NCBI RefSeq assembly: GCF_964355755.1
Contig: NC_092672.1
Location: 19,419,237 to 19,483,236, forward strand
DNA: 64,000 bases
Reading direction: 5' to 3'
DNA from: Antedon mediterranea
Lineage: Eukaryota; Animalia; Echinodermata
Position 1 is the stretch's first letter. Each line of letters opens with the position of its first letter. The position numbers and the translations under genes are program-made. Under the pieces are notes generated by a model that made no database searches, was not told the DNA's origin, and saw only the letters and a program-made list of their open reading frames with translations. Of the stretch, positions 1-13,849 are shown piece by piece.

Positions 1-103
1 TGACGTAGTATAAACAAATACAGTATTCTCTACCAAGAAAGCATTTTTTCTTGTCATTTTTGACATTCGATATTTAATTTTATAATCAACATTTCTTTTA
101 TAG

Positions 104-3100
104 TTTCAATCCAAATCATGACATAACTGACGCTATAGCAACAACAACGGTGTGCACTCAAGATGATGTCGATGAAACAACATTGAAAGAAGAACTACCA
201 GACACATGTAAGTATTAAGATGCGTGAAATAATGGTTCATAGATGTTAAAAAAATTGTTTGTAGTACATATAATTCCAAGTATACTGTCAAAACCAACCA
301 ACATTTATTGACACAAGTATGCAAATATTTTTTTTGTGACAAACCCATATTTTTCTGGCTTCAGTAAACTCATTATTTATAAAATATAATAGAGAGCTTT
401 CGCTATCTCGGATCGGGAACGAGAACCAGCTCCTGTATCTCGGGCTACGAGCATTAGTTAATTAAAATTTCACATAAACTAATGACGTCATACACAAAAA
501 ACCCTTACTTTCTCGGCGGCTCGTTCCCGATCGAGATAGCGAAAGCTCTCTAATAACTAATTTTACAAGATTTAAAAAAATACATTAACCTTCATATATA
601 TGTCACAAATACAGAAAAGGGTAAGCAGGCCAGTGTATTGCATAATCAGTGATTATTCTATTATTTATGCTGTAATGGTAAACAAAAGGAAAATGTTAAT
701 AACCATAGATATAAAACAAGTAAAAACTACAAAAACTTTGATGAAACTAAATTTTAAACTAAATCTAAACTGCTTTTCTGTACACACATTTACAATTTAT
801 AGCTAAGGAAAAAATTACAAGAGTAGAAAAATACGAGAGTGCAGAAGGAGGCCAAAATAAGTTTGTAGACAAATCTATATATAAATTTACGTAAGGGCAA
901 AATTCGGTAAATCGCGCCTTACTTCTAGAATGTTTACTCGATGGTATATACAGTTGGTTCGTACTTTCGGTACTGATTTTAACCACCTGATGTAACCCTG
1001 TTTACTAATTAAATTAAGTTAGATAATTAGTTATTGACGATTAAAACGAATTTAGGTTCAAAGATTTGCCCCAAATAGGGGTGTTTTCCGATCGTGGTAT
1101 ACACTGTCTAATGGATGTCCATCTTGAAAAATACCCGCCACAAAAATGCGAGGAGGCTTCGCATTTTCCTATCTCCTCCTACGATAATTGTTTTTAATAG
1201 CTGAAAACCGGTTGAACAGCTAGAGTACACCATCATGATGTTGAAGACAGGCCGATTTTCTTTAAAAAATACTATTTTGATAGATTTAATATACGATTAT
1301 ACAAATGTATTGATTTGCGATGAATGGAACATCCCAATCTCTCAGTCTGCCAAAGTTTGGTTTAACACAAGTAGGTAAATTTATGAGCCCTTGGTTTAAC
1401 ACATACGGTAGGTAAATATATGGGCCCTTTGAGAATAAACTTGCAAAACTTTGACAATACTGTAAATACCTATTATAGATTAGATTAGATGTAATATAAA
1501 AATATATACAAATAAACTTTATTACTGACATTGTGGACAGGCTCTACAGTTAGATATATAAACACATTATTATATACAAATAAACTTTATACTGACTGTT
1601 CCTTCTCAACGTTTGTATTAATTAATAATTACCAATAATATAAACGTTGTAGTAGTGTATCGTGACATGTACTTTAATATTTCAATCGATTATGACAGTG
1701 ACAGTTTAACAAAGTATTAAATCGCAAATGTTTTACTGTATTTAGAGGTATATTATTTATAGAATATAGGCCTATACAACATGAAAAAAATATTTCGTTA
1801 CTGAGTGGATAAAGAATATATTGAAAAAATGTTCCTCTTTGTACCTATCCGCTTTCCCATCCCTCAACCCTAATGTTACATACAAAACACAAATTGGGTT
1901 TCTTTAAATGAGTCCAAATAAAAAATTTGGACTCATTTTGTGATAAGTTTCTCCTTCGGAAGTAATTCCCAGGGTGCTAATTTTAGTTGACTACATAAAT
2001 CATCGTGTCTATTTATTCGTTTCTGTAAACGACAATGTATTATAGTCCTGCGGTACGTACATTTGAAATCGCCAGTTATGTTACGCTGAAATTACTGTAT
2101 ATTCGAGAACCATCTGTGGGCACGACCTGATGGTACGCGAGCAAAGCGAGTGCTTCAAAGTAAATTTACGTAAGGGCAAAATTCGGTAAATCGCGCGTTA
2201 TTTCTAGAATGTTTTCTCAATGGTATATAAAGTTGGTTCGTACTTTTGGTACTGATTTTAACCACCTGATGTAACCCTGTTTACTAATTAAATTGAGTTC
2301 GATAATTAGTTATTGACGATTAAAACGAATTTAGGTTCAACGATTTGCTTCAAATAGGGGTGTTTTTTTTAATGGATGTCCGTCTTGAAAAATACCCGCA
2401 GACAATAATGCGAGGATGCTTCGCATTTTCCTATCTCCTCCTACAATAATTGTTTTTAATGTCTGAAAACCGGTGGAACAGCTCGAGTACAGCATCATAA
2501 TGTTGAAGACAGGCCGATTTTCTTTAAAAAATACTATTTTGATAGATTTAATATATATACGTTTATACAAATGTATTGATTTGCGATGAATGGAACATTC
2601 CAATCTCTGTTCCACCAGCGTCTATTCCCTCAGGCGTCGTAAAGGCAAGTACTGTATACTCATAACAGAAATTCGATCCATTTTTTTTTCAATCTGTGCT
2701 GCAGAGGTTGGATATAATTTTTTTTTAACGGATATTATGAGCTAGCGTTTTCACTCGCCGTATATTATGTACACATCTTTATTATTGCAGTTAAACCACC
2801 CACATCATCACCCTTCCCTCACTGGCATGAGTAGCGTTGTAAAACCAGTAGAGGATAGGCCTACGGTACATCACATGCCCTAAACGCAGAACAACTTTGG
2901 TGGGTAGGGTAGGAACCAACTTAAGTATGAATTGGCTCTAAGAAACAATTGAAAACCATTAGGCCTACTAATTAAGTTGAGTTAGATAATTAAATATTTA
3001 TTGACGATTAAATCGAATTTATGATTTTCCCCGAATAGAGGTGGTTTTCACAAATTGTTTTACATTATATAAACATATACACGTTGTAGTGATGTATCGT

Positions 3101-6100
3101 TACATGTACTGTACTATTTCAATCGACTATGACGGTGATAGTTTCAACAAAGTATTAAATCGCAATGTTTTACTGTGTGTAGTGGTATATTATTTGTAAA
3201 ACATGAAAACAATTAATATTTCGTTACTAAATGGATAAAGAATATATTTAAAAAGTGTTCCTCTTTGCACCCATCCTCTCCCCATCCCTCAACCCTAATG
3301 TTACATACAAAACACAAATTAAGTTTGTTTAAATTTGACTTAAACAATTGGTCTCATTTTGTGACAAGTTTCTCTTTCGGAAGTAATTCCCAGGGTGCTA
3401 ATTTTAGTTGAGTACATAAATCACAGTGTCTATTTTATTCGTTCCTGTAACCGACATGTATTATTGTCCTGCGGTACGTACATTTGAAATCGCCAGTTTT
3501 TTAACGCTGAAATTATTATGTATTCGAGAACCATCTGTGGGCACGACCTAGATGGTACGCGAGCGAAGCGAGCGTACCATCTAGTTTAAATAAATAAAAA
3601 TAAATTAATAAAATAAAACTGGATGACAATCATAGAACATAACATAGATAAGGCGCTTGAAAACTTTGAAAATTAGTTCATACAAGTGGCTAATATTCAA
3701 ATCAATCCACTGTGATTAAAAAGTAATTTTTTTTCTCTTTTATTGCTTTAAAAACCCCATGTTAAATCCTGTGTTGTTTTATGTATGATTCTTGTTTAAT
3801 ATTTATTTATTTAATCTGATTATGTAGTTGTATTGTCTTGTTTTATGGATGTTATTCATATAATTTGTTTTACATACAATTTCTTGATTACTACTTTAAT
3901 TCAAACAAATTTGAAATAAATTGATAACTTGCTTCTTTTTACCTAAATTATTTATTTATAACACAGAACTGGATTTATTCTGTAATATCATGGATATATT
4001 CATTATTCAAATGTGTGTGATGTATTTTTTGTTTTGAAAGCTTTGTACTATATTGCATTTGTTGGTTTGTTGTTAGGGAGCCGCACGTCCTTCAGGCGAC
4101 AGCGGGTTTCCTGCTTTTGCGACTCCTGAGCTGGCATGGCAAATGAATCAATTAAATGTGTGTTTCTTCCTTTTTAACATTTCAATAAATAATTAACATA
4201 TTCATAGTGTACAAGCACAACAACAATAATATACAAAAACAAATTACACTTTTTTTAAAGCTTCTGAAATGTATGAGAAAGCAATTGCTAGAGAAGTGGT
4301 GAAACAAGTGAAAGGAAAACAAAATGCAACAGCATCTACAAAACAGGCTTCTGGCAATTATGAAAATGCTCCCATGAAGCATGTGAAAGAAGACAGAATA
4401 GAAGAACAGTCAAAAGAAAATCCAGCACAATCAACTATAACAGAAGAAAGCAAAATGGACGAGGGTAATAAAAAATGATAATAGGAATTTCAAGTGCAGG
4501 GCGTATTATTATTACATTTCACACCATTTCACTGTCTGCTCTACCAAAACTAAGCACTGGATTTTACATGGGCTGACTTGTGGCCTGGGCTATTCGATTT
4601 ATTTTTATTACTTTTTTTCATTTATTCGATATTTGATTTATTGTCTCTTTTTCTTTATATGTTTACTTAGTTAACTATATTATTTTAGTTTTAAAAGGAT
4701 CTTATACGTGACAAGAATAATTTATTCTTCTAGTATAAATCCTTAATATGATTCTAGCTGCTTTATTGTCGATCATGTAAACTTTTTCTGTATTCATGTC
4801 ATAAATAAAAATAACCGATAAAATAAAAAGATGGAAGAGGTGGTTAAATTGAATAGAAGTTTACTTTAAAACAGTTAGTGTCTTCGAATGTTTGATCCAT
4901 AATTCAAAACAAATATACTTTGCCTCTTTCAATTTTTTGTTTTTTAAAACTATGGGCCTCTGCGTCTCGAAATAACTAGACCTACTATTTTCTGCTCATG
5001 TTTTAACCAGAAACTATATTTGTTATTATTCTCAAACAAACTCAATGAAAGAGGAACATCTTTAGAGGCATGTGCCAAATTCTCCTCTTAATAATTGACA
5101 AGGTTTTCTTTCAAGATATATGGCAATTGAAAAGTCACTATGACGAGTCTTCTTGTCAATCAGGAAACGAAAAGCCAAGTAGAATCATTAGAAAAGCAAA
5201 CTCAGGACCTGAAATCATCAGAAACGTTGATATTCTGTAGATCCTTCGTTATTTTCACTTTCATTTTTAAAAATTAAATTGTCTGACAATGTACTTTTCT
5301 ACAATAATTATTAATTTTAATTACCATTTATAAAATAATCAGAATCCTATAAAAAATTATCCTAAAAAAAGTCCTATAGAAATTACATACAGAAACATGA
5401 TATTGATATTTTATTTGTCAACTAATACAATATTTTACAATTTTTAATTTAGTTAAATTACAAACAACCAAAAATATAGAACAAGAAACATTTCAGAAAG
5501 ACGGAAGTGATGACGAGACAAAGATTCCTTCAAAAAGAGAAGAAGAATTAATAGAGATTGAGTTTCAGAAACAAGGAAGTAATGACAATGTGACTAGCGA
5601 CAAGTTTGTGATGAATATCTGGGATTTCGGAGGACAACCAATTTATCATGTGATGCAGCGGGTAAAGTAGTTACATTTCATTACATGAAGCCCTTTTCTC
5701 ACAGACATGGAAGCAAAATGCAGGGAATATATATATATTGAATATTTTACCCGATGCCTGCATTACCCACTCCGACAGAATGTCAGACCAGCATGGTATT
5801 AGTTTATATATATTCCCAACATATATTTCTGTGAGAAAAGGCCTAACAATTTAGTTCTGCCTGCACAGGTCTTCCTCCTCTAATATAAGACTAACAAAGT
5901 TAGGAAAGGCCAACACTAATATAGTAACAAAACAAACTTTAAATGTTATTCATAAGAATTCTAGTACTATGGTAAAATAGCTATGTTTAGACATGATATT
6001 TTAAATCTAAAAATTAAAACACTATGAAACAAAAACCCTATACAATTCTAAATTTAAATGTTATTGATAATCAAGCATTTTGATATATTTACCATTCATT

Positions 6101-9100
6101 GAATGTCACTGTTTTATTGATCTCATAGATCTTCATGGTATCTTTTGCTGTTGTATGCATAGTATTCAACCTTTGTGATGATCTTGATGCCCCAGCTAAA
6201 GTTTTGGATCCAACAACTGTAAGCTCACTTTTATTAGTTTTTAAACACTATTTTCAATTCCTATATTGTGATTACTTTATAGTGAAAAATGTATACCTCT
6301 GCTCTGAACACATCTTAAAGTTTTAAGACTTATCAATTAGCTTCTCACATCTTATCCATAGACAATTTAACACAAAACTACATTAATAAAGAAACATTCT
6401 TTTCCTGCATTACTCAATAAATGAATAACAATAGATTGAACAATTACATTTTTTTCAATTGTTGTATACAGTATTATACATGATCAAAGAAATTAAAATT
6501 GAGTGTTCTACAAACATTTTTTGTTATCATATGTACTTATAAAATTTAGGGTGAAAAGTATGACCACAGAATGACAAATCTGGAGTTCATTCTTTCTTGG
6601 ATTCGTTCCATATACACAAACAGTAGACCTGATGCAAAGATAAATGGTCAGCCTTGTCCTCCTGTATTATTGATAGGTACACATTTAAATGGTCTAAATA
6701 ATCAAAAGGTGAGTTGAAAGACTGTAGAGAAATGACTCTTTTGTAATAATCATTTTTTGATGGAATGGAAGATGGTGCCATGTTGTTGGATAATAATAGC
6801 TTTAAACAGTGATTAAGTGTCTCTTTTTTTCAGGTTAAAGAAATAAAATCTAAAATTTGGGAAGCCCTAAAAGACAAACCATATGAAACTATGGTGTGTT
6901 CAACTATTTTTACCATTGAAAACAGTGTACCATTTAAACAAAGCAATGCTTCTGCCATCATGAAACAAATACTGGATTTATCAAAGAAAATGATCCGCAC
7001 TTTGCCAATAAAATGGTTGCAAGTCCAGCAGGAAATCCAAATCTTGAAAAAGAAGCACATCTATTTACCAACTTTTGAGGTTAGGTGCAAGAATTAATAG
7101 AAAATAGCGTTCAATGTAAACAATTAATGAATTACCATATTAAAAATGTGGCAATTTCTTTTATAAAGAAAAATTCGCAAAAATAAGGTTTACAGTATTT
7201 GTTCTATTGTTCTATTAGTCAGATCTCAATTTTCAGTATACCACCATGTTATTTTCAGTTTACATTGTAATTGGTGTAAAATCCTAGTTAATACGGGTCT
7301 GAATAAAACAATTACTTGTAGTGAAGCTTTCAGTCAACTACCATTTTCACTAATAGATGTACTTTATATATAAAGTTAAATCTCTTTATAGTAGGTATTT
7401 ATTGTACTGTTACATTGTCATATTATTTGAAAATTTATGAAAGTATATTAATAAACTTTTCATTATAATTGTTTTACGTATGTTCATATCTATTTTTGAA
7501 CAGATCCAAGATGAAGTACTTAAAAAAATCTGTAAAGTAACAGACGGTCACAAAGAGTTGCTTGAGTATTTACATGACATTGGCGTGATCCTCTACTATC
7601 CAGATGACAAGGATCTAAGAGATATAATAGTTGTAGATTTGATGCGACTAGTTGACATGTTTAAAACAATCATCACTGTAATAGACCATGACGATATGGT
7701 TAGTAATTAACAAAAATGATGTTTTGCATACTGTGCAGCAACATAATATTACTGGCTTCTAAATTTAATTAAAAATAACTTTTGATAGAAAATAACTTCA
7801 CTAAACTTACAGGTACCCAATCATATGAACTCAAAGATCAATACTTTTTTTCAACTATAGGCCTACCAATGTTACTCTGAATTAATAAATTAAAATTTGA
7901 TTTTAATTGTATTCTATTTTTGTAAAATAATAGGTACCAGCTATGAGACCAGCTTGGAGGATGCTGGACCAAGGCATTTTAAAAGGTGGATTGCTAAAAC
8001 ATCTGTGGGAGAAGTTCTGTGATTCTGATGAGATATTATCATTCTTTGCGTCTCTCATGCAAAAGTTTGGATTAGTGTGTGAACAAATAAATTCAAAGGT
8101 ATTGATACTAATTTCATTAATATTTCAATTTTCTAGCCTATATATAGCCTACTGATCTACTTATTAAATTATTTTTTGTTTACACAGAATAATGAAAAAA
8201 TTTTCTACGTTCTGTCACGTTTGAAACCACATGCCTCACCACCACCTGGATTTGAAAAAAAGCGTGCAGTTTCTCTATTTCATGATTTTGGTAGCTATCT
8301 TCCAGATGATCTTTTCCAACGTGCTGCAACAAAGTTTATTGAGAAATTTCAAATGGAAGATAAAGAACCTGTTCTATCCTATGAGCATGTAGAATTGAAC
8401 ATTGATGCTGATCACCTAGTCATTCTATATGTTACTACCATTAAACAATGCCGTATGTTACAGGTAAATTTTACAATTAGTACCCTATTTTTAATGCAAT
8501 AATAAATTTACCCAAATTTACAATAAAATTACTTCGCAAACTAAAAATATTTTGCAGGAAATATGAATTTTGTGATTTAGTGTTGTGTAAATGCTGACAA
8601 TTTTGTGTAAAATTGCTACTATAATATGATGTTTAAAAAAAAAAATACATAAATACCAGATGTACTTTTGAAAGAAACATTTGTTGCGCAACGTAATCCT
8701 ACAGGAGCCAGTTTGGTTTTGAATTAAAAAAAAAATTGATGCTTCAGCTCATCCGATCATTGATGAAACACACTGTAGATTACGGAGGTTTGCCCATAAA
8801 AAAACCCATGCTGATGTCATTCTTTTGTTTGCATTAAATTTACCACTTGATCAGTCCAGAGAGACCATGTGACTTAATTGGTCCACACGAGTTCCACTGT
8901 GGGTATTTGCGTCCAACCATCAAATAGCCAGATTCCAAAAAAGCTCTGCCAATCACAGGAAAGCTCAGCTTTGATCGATGAAATCACACTACAAAACCAC
9001 CATTTTGTGGTGTGATTTCATCGATCAAAGCTGAGCTTTCCTGTGATTGGCAGAGCTTTTTTGGAATCTGGCTACCCACCCCTGAAAATTGTAATAAATA

Positions 9101-10595
9101 TTTTCAAAGGTAACTTTTAGGAATTGTTTTTGCATTTTAAAATTGTATCATGTTTTATACTATTGTATCAAGGGTCCCAAAGAAGATAGTATTTTTATTG
9201 TGAATGACTAAAAATAAATAAATTGTTTATTTTTTTAAATATTTCAGACAACAATAGTAAGAACAAAGAGCTTCAATGATAGTCCTTTAGAACAGCAGCT
9301 TACAGAAGATGAAATCAAGCCACTACCTGAAGCCTGTAAGAAGGTAGGCTAGTAGATATGAAAGTGACTAAACAACATCATATATATATACTTTATTTAC
9401 AAAGTTGGTATAGGTATTTTGATTGATTTTTTATATAGATTTTGTTCACTAAAGAAAAATATAGTACTATACTTAAAAATTTATTTTGATCATAATCAGT
9501 TTCCATTCTGAATATTGCATAAATGATTTTATTTCACGATGTTCTGGATTTGATTATTTCGCTTCAGCTGATACTCGGGACTGTTGATTCTACATGCAAT
9601 ACAATTTTTAAATTAATTTTAATATTCTATATATTATATACTATTAGGTACTTTGTTTCCTCCAAAAGGAATTGAAAGTGTTCAGTCAGAGTGGTGCACG
9701 GGGTCTTAAAGTAAGAATGTGCATCCCTTGTGAATGTAGTCCAAACTTTCAAAATACACAAGTTCGTAAAGTGAGGATGTGCATTCCTTGTGCATCTAGT
9801 CCAAACACCAATGCTCATATGCATGTGATTAGCAAGTTTGACAAAGATTATTTACCTTGTGATGACAGGAAAATGGATGTGAGACCTTACCGTAAATTGT
9901 TTGGTGATGAACTAACAAAAGGTAAACATATTTGTTGATTTTGTATTTATAAAATTATATTGGTGGGGTTTCAATTCCGAATAAAAGTTTTTCTACTCAT
10001 GAACGTTTTCATGTATTTTGTTTGTCACAGTTCTTTTAAATAGAATGTTTAATACACTTGTTGCTTCAAGATTTTTAATTATTTAAACAGGAAATAAATT
10101 TGACTTTACTTTGGCAACTATACAAATAAAATAAATTAACAACAGCAAAACAACAAAAATTAAGTGATTAAAATAGATAAAATACACATAGTTGTGTTGG
10201 TAGTCTATAAGTGCTAGCTTAAACCAACATAGGCCTTTTCCACTTCGATGGGGAGAACATAACTTGAAAAGTAGAACAAAATGTAAAAATTGAATTGAAT
10301 GCAGCAATCTTGTTAAGGATGTAGATGTATCAAAAGTCCATGATTTAAAAATGTAATGACAGTTTTTTATTGATTATGACTCATGGACACTATGAATACA
10401 AATGAGGAAAATAAATTTGAAAAACTCCCCAAATTGCTTGTATATATTTCAGTTTCGCTATTAAGTTTTTCTTGTTATCAACATTTTCTGTTTTGTACAC
10501 TGGACCAGAAAGATGAATGGTCAACAAATAAATAAATTAGAGTATTACTATATTTTGTAATTTTAGATGCGCCATCTACATCCTCAAATATTTAG
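104..10595 (+). CDS. ROCO-family protein paralog A (Roc GTPase-COR), multi-exon, 5'-partial (P-loop exon must lie upstream of the window)
   Basis: GT-AG exons joining in frame: 104-207 (FNPNHDITDAI, switch I/G2-like), 4261-4464, 5453-5661 (MNIWDFGGQPIYHVMQR, G3), 6129-6218, 6550-6708 (PPVLLIGTHLN, G4), 6834-7079 (FTIENS, LPIKWL), 7504-7698 (LEYLHDIGVILYY, COR), 7934-8098, 8188-8463, 9248-9343, 9648-9921; candidate last exon 10567-10595 (DAPSTSSNI-stop). The 3' end is uncertain: 9921 could instead splice to 14184. Confidence 0.88.
391..551. mobile_element. Small non-autonomous DNA transposon (MITE, Harbinger/ISL2EU-like)
   Basis: About 33-bp terminal inverted repeats AGAGAGCTTTCGCTATCTCG...CGAGATAGCGAAAGCTCTCT, with AAT on both flanks. 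Confidence 0.75.
874..3584 (+). mobile_element. Non-autonomous Helitron, head-to-tail dimer (units start at about 874 and 2161)
   Basis: 5' TC after A; 3' hairpin GATGGTACGC-gagcgaagcga-GCGTACCATC ending in CTAG then T; two similar units of about 1.3-1.4 kb. Confidence 0.8.
5689..5844. mobile_element. MITE (Harbinger-like)
   Basis: Inverted termini CCTTTTCTCACAGA / TCTGTGAGAAAAGG in an intron of paralog A. Confidence 0.6.
8925..9074. repeat. Near-perfect 150-bp foldback/MITE hairpin
   Basis: TAGCCAGATTCCAAAAAAGCTCTGCCAATCACAGG... is mirrored by ...CCTGTGATTGGCAGAGCTTTTTTGGAATCTGGCTA; a decayed half copy lies at about 11491-11583. Confidence 0.85.
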
Positions 10596-10852
10596 GAGTG
10601 GAGCTGTGGCTTGGTGGTTATGATGCTTGGCTACCAATCTAAGGGTCCTGGGTTCAAGTCCTGTCATATGTCAGGGTTTTTTTCTCATGACAATTTACAA
10701 CTCCACTCCCAAAGACTTAATAATAAGTCTTTGTTTATGTAGAGCATCTTGTGTATATGTTTGTCTTGTGAAATTATTAAATAGTTTATCCATCCTGTAA
10801 TTGGCGGGTTAATCGCTGTTGGATGAGTATGAAATAAAATAAAAATAAAAAT
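10596..10852 (+). mobile_element. tRNA-derived SINE
   Basis: A box TGGCTTGGTGG, B box GGTTCAAGTCC, A-rich (TAAAA)n tail at about 10832-10852. Confidence 0.7.
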
Positions 10853-11739
10853 ATACCACGACCACCGCCACAAGTGGATAGGACAGACTATGCACGTCCT
10901 TTAATATCAGGTACAGTAGGAGAGACTTAAATAATACTTATAAAATGCAAACATATACCGGTAATCGATCAATAATATGTGGTCTAAAATTATAAACTAT
11001 TTATTTTATGTTATTGTTACTATACCTAAAACCAAAAACCAGTCATTCTTAGTATAGCAATATAATATTTAACTAGCAGTTATAAATAAATTTAATAATA
11101 AAGTGCACTCTTCCCCACTTTAAAAAAAAATTAAATTATTGACACATTTACGTATACACGTACAGCACCTTAATAAAAATAACGAATAATTAACTTCAAA
11201 CGTGCTTCTATCATTCCATCAGATCAAATATTTCCATTGGGTCTACATCAAACCAATCATCATCTGGCGCATACATACAGCATAAAACGGCCGTGGTCCT
11301 CCTACGCCAGGATAATAGGCCTACAGTTCCAAGTGCCATATGTTTTTTATTGTCAGAGAAATACGCTAAAAAAATGTTTTTTTTTTCCATTGATATCAGG
11401 CCTTTATTATTCGAATCTTTAAGAGAAAAAGCAACATAAAGTCCATTTATCTTCATTTTGAACACATTTTGTAAACATTCTAGACTCGACTACAAAACCA
11501 CGCTTTGTGGTATGATGTCATCGTAAGCTGAGCTTTTCTGTGATTGGCCTGTGCTCATGGTTAAATGTTTTTGGATTCTGGCCATGGTTGGGGTGAAGCT
11601 AAGAACATTTTGAAAAATAGAGTTGCTAGGTCCTGGGGGGTTGGACATATTATATTTTGAAATATAAACAAAATATAAATGTCTCCAGAAAGTTTTATAG
11701 GCCTAAAAACATTTAGAAACAAAAATCAAGACTATTCCA

Positions 11740-12110
11740 TCATAGGTCATAGTTTTGCTTGTTTAACACGTTTAATATCCACACCAGTTAGCTGAAGGGG
11801 GTTGAGATTGTGTACGTTTGCAACTGATAAGCGTTTTCTTTTCATTAACGTTCACTGTTTATTTATGGAAGACCGGTTACAGTACATATGTCTTCATATA
11901 CAGACTTAATTGAACTTTTGCATTTGCTAGATAACTGTTCAGATACTGTAGTGTCGTCCATATATTTAACAATGGATTCACCCTTAAGTCATTGATAAAG
12001 ATGATAAAGAGAACAGCTCTAACCCATTTCCCCTGGGGACACCACCCTTCGGACACACCTTTCACGAAACAAATTAGTTTGTGAATCAATTAATCTGTCC
12101 ACTCAATACA
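11740..12110 (-). mobile_element. Decayed LINE reverse-transcriptase fragment
   Basis: Minus-strand remnants of PQG, LFIIFINDL and YMDDTTVSE in broken frames. Confidence 0.55.
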
Positions 12111-12392
12111 GGCAGTATATTTCTATGCAAATACCATTGATCATTATAACACAAACAGTAACCCACAGTGAATTAAAAGAAGGATGAAAAGCATGTTAAG
12201 AGCTCAGTGAAGTAGTAGGGTGATAGATAAATAAAAAAAAAGAAGAAAACCAAATCACGGCAAACTACACAACACGGTTTGACATCAATAAAAGGAATGA
12301 AACGAGAAATAACATATAATTATCATGCATACAATGTGGTAAACATGAAAAGAGATATACCAATAATGCGTGGTAGTACAGTAGTACCAAGA

Positions 12393-13630
12393 TACCATCC
12401 AACCACACATTTTAATTAATAAGTTGTTCGGCATGAATATCCCCAATTTACTAATTTCGTTCGTTTTTAACTTCCTCGTTGGACGTCTCCAGTTTGTTAG
12501 GCTAAATCAAAATGTCAGATCGGACATTATTCGGACAAATACGGGAGCACCACAAGGTACTGTACTTGCACCGTTTTTGTTCACATTGTATACGTCAGAT
12601 TTCCAACCTAGATTCCCGGACTGTCCAGTAATTAAATTTGCAGATGATTCTGCTATGATAGGTTTAATAAAAGAGGATGACGATACAAATTTCAAATCTG
12701 AAATAGTTAGGTTTACGAAATACTGTGATGAAAATTTCCTGGAACTTAATGTAGCAAAAACCAAAGAAATGCGAATAGATTTCCGCCGTAAAAAAAGAAG
12801 GGAAATTGAGCCTGTCCAGATTAAAGGACATGAGGTAGAAATCGTTAAAACATATAAGTATCTTGGGGTAACGTATGACAATAATTTATCATGGGGAGAG
12901 CATGTAGATCAACTAATTAAAAAATTAAATACTAGACTGTACTGTTTGAGGAAAATGAACGTTTTTAGGGTAAGGGAAGAGATACTTACTATGTTTTATT
13001 CATCTGTTATTTTTTTCAATCTGGGATTATTGCCTATTAGGCTGGGGTGGGAACATAAACAAAGGAGATAAGGGCCGCATATGTAAAGTGTTAGAAAGGG
13101 CATTAAGAGTGATTGGCTCGTCGGCGCTGACAGCGGACTCAGTCTACGATTGTCACTACGGAGAACGATTGAAAAATGGTTTACAGGCGGTCATGGAGGA
13201 GGAAAGCCACCCCCTTCATTCGGATCTTCTTCGCTGCCACATTGGTAGAAGTGGTAGACTGAGGCCGGTGTTGGCGCGGACGGGTCGATACTCAAATTCG
13301 TTTCTCCCAGCTGGGATTAAAAAATTTAACGATGACTTTAAGAGGTAACTACAATAATTTTGATAACAATAATAAATAATATAATATAATAATTAATAAT
13401 GAAATATAAGACACTTTTTAAACCGTTTTGTAATGATCTGTATTTTTAACTTAAATATTTTTGAGCTGTAATTTTATGATGTACTTTTTTAATCATTGTG
13501 TATTTTTTATATTGTTATTCTACATTTTATACTTTATTTTTATACGATATTTTTATACGATATTTTTAAGTGAGCAAATGCAATTTCCAGTTTATTTGGA
13601 CAATAAAAGTTATCTGTATCTGTATCTGTA
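12393..13630 (+). mobile_element. 5'-truncated non-LTR retrotransposon (Rex1/Babar-like LINE), C-terminal half of RT
   Basis: ORFs 12424-13071 and 13088-13348 carry GAPQGTVLAPFLFTLYTSD, KFADD, YKYLGV, HPLH and RTGRYSNSFLP; frameshift at a poly-T run near 13010; AT-rich 3' UTR with (TATCTG)n tail. Confidence 0.9.
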
Positions 13631-13784
13631 GATTAAATAGCATTTCACAAATAATACTTTTGGTGATTTTTGCACTGAGGTTAAAGATATTGGTCAGAGG
13701 TCGGATTCGATTGACTTGGGGATTGACTTTAGGAATAGTTACTATGTTTCAGCTTTCCATTCGCTATTATTTATATTACTATAG

Positions 13785-13849
13785 TTGCTACTACTGATGC
13801 TGATGTTACTCCAGCTACACCAAATGAACCAACCTCAATGCCAGTTTAG
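13785..13849 (+). CDS. Possible phase-1 Pro/Thr-rich linker exon (VATTDADVTPATPNEPTSMP), donor apparently dead or a terminal exon
   Basis: TAG acceptor at 13782-13784; open coding-like frame; ends ccag|tttagt, one change from a ccag|gttagt donor; read-through gives V then stop. Confidence 0.35.

Noticed and set aside
10599-10670. Functional tRNA gene
   Set aside because: A and B boxes are present, but the acceptor stem is poor and it continues into a SINE body and tail
12507-12881. 124-aa minus-strand ORF (similarly 14533-14763 and 32455-32655)
   Set aside because: Antisense shadows of real coding exons or of the LINE RT
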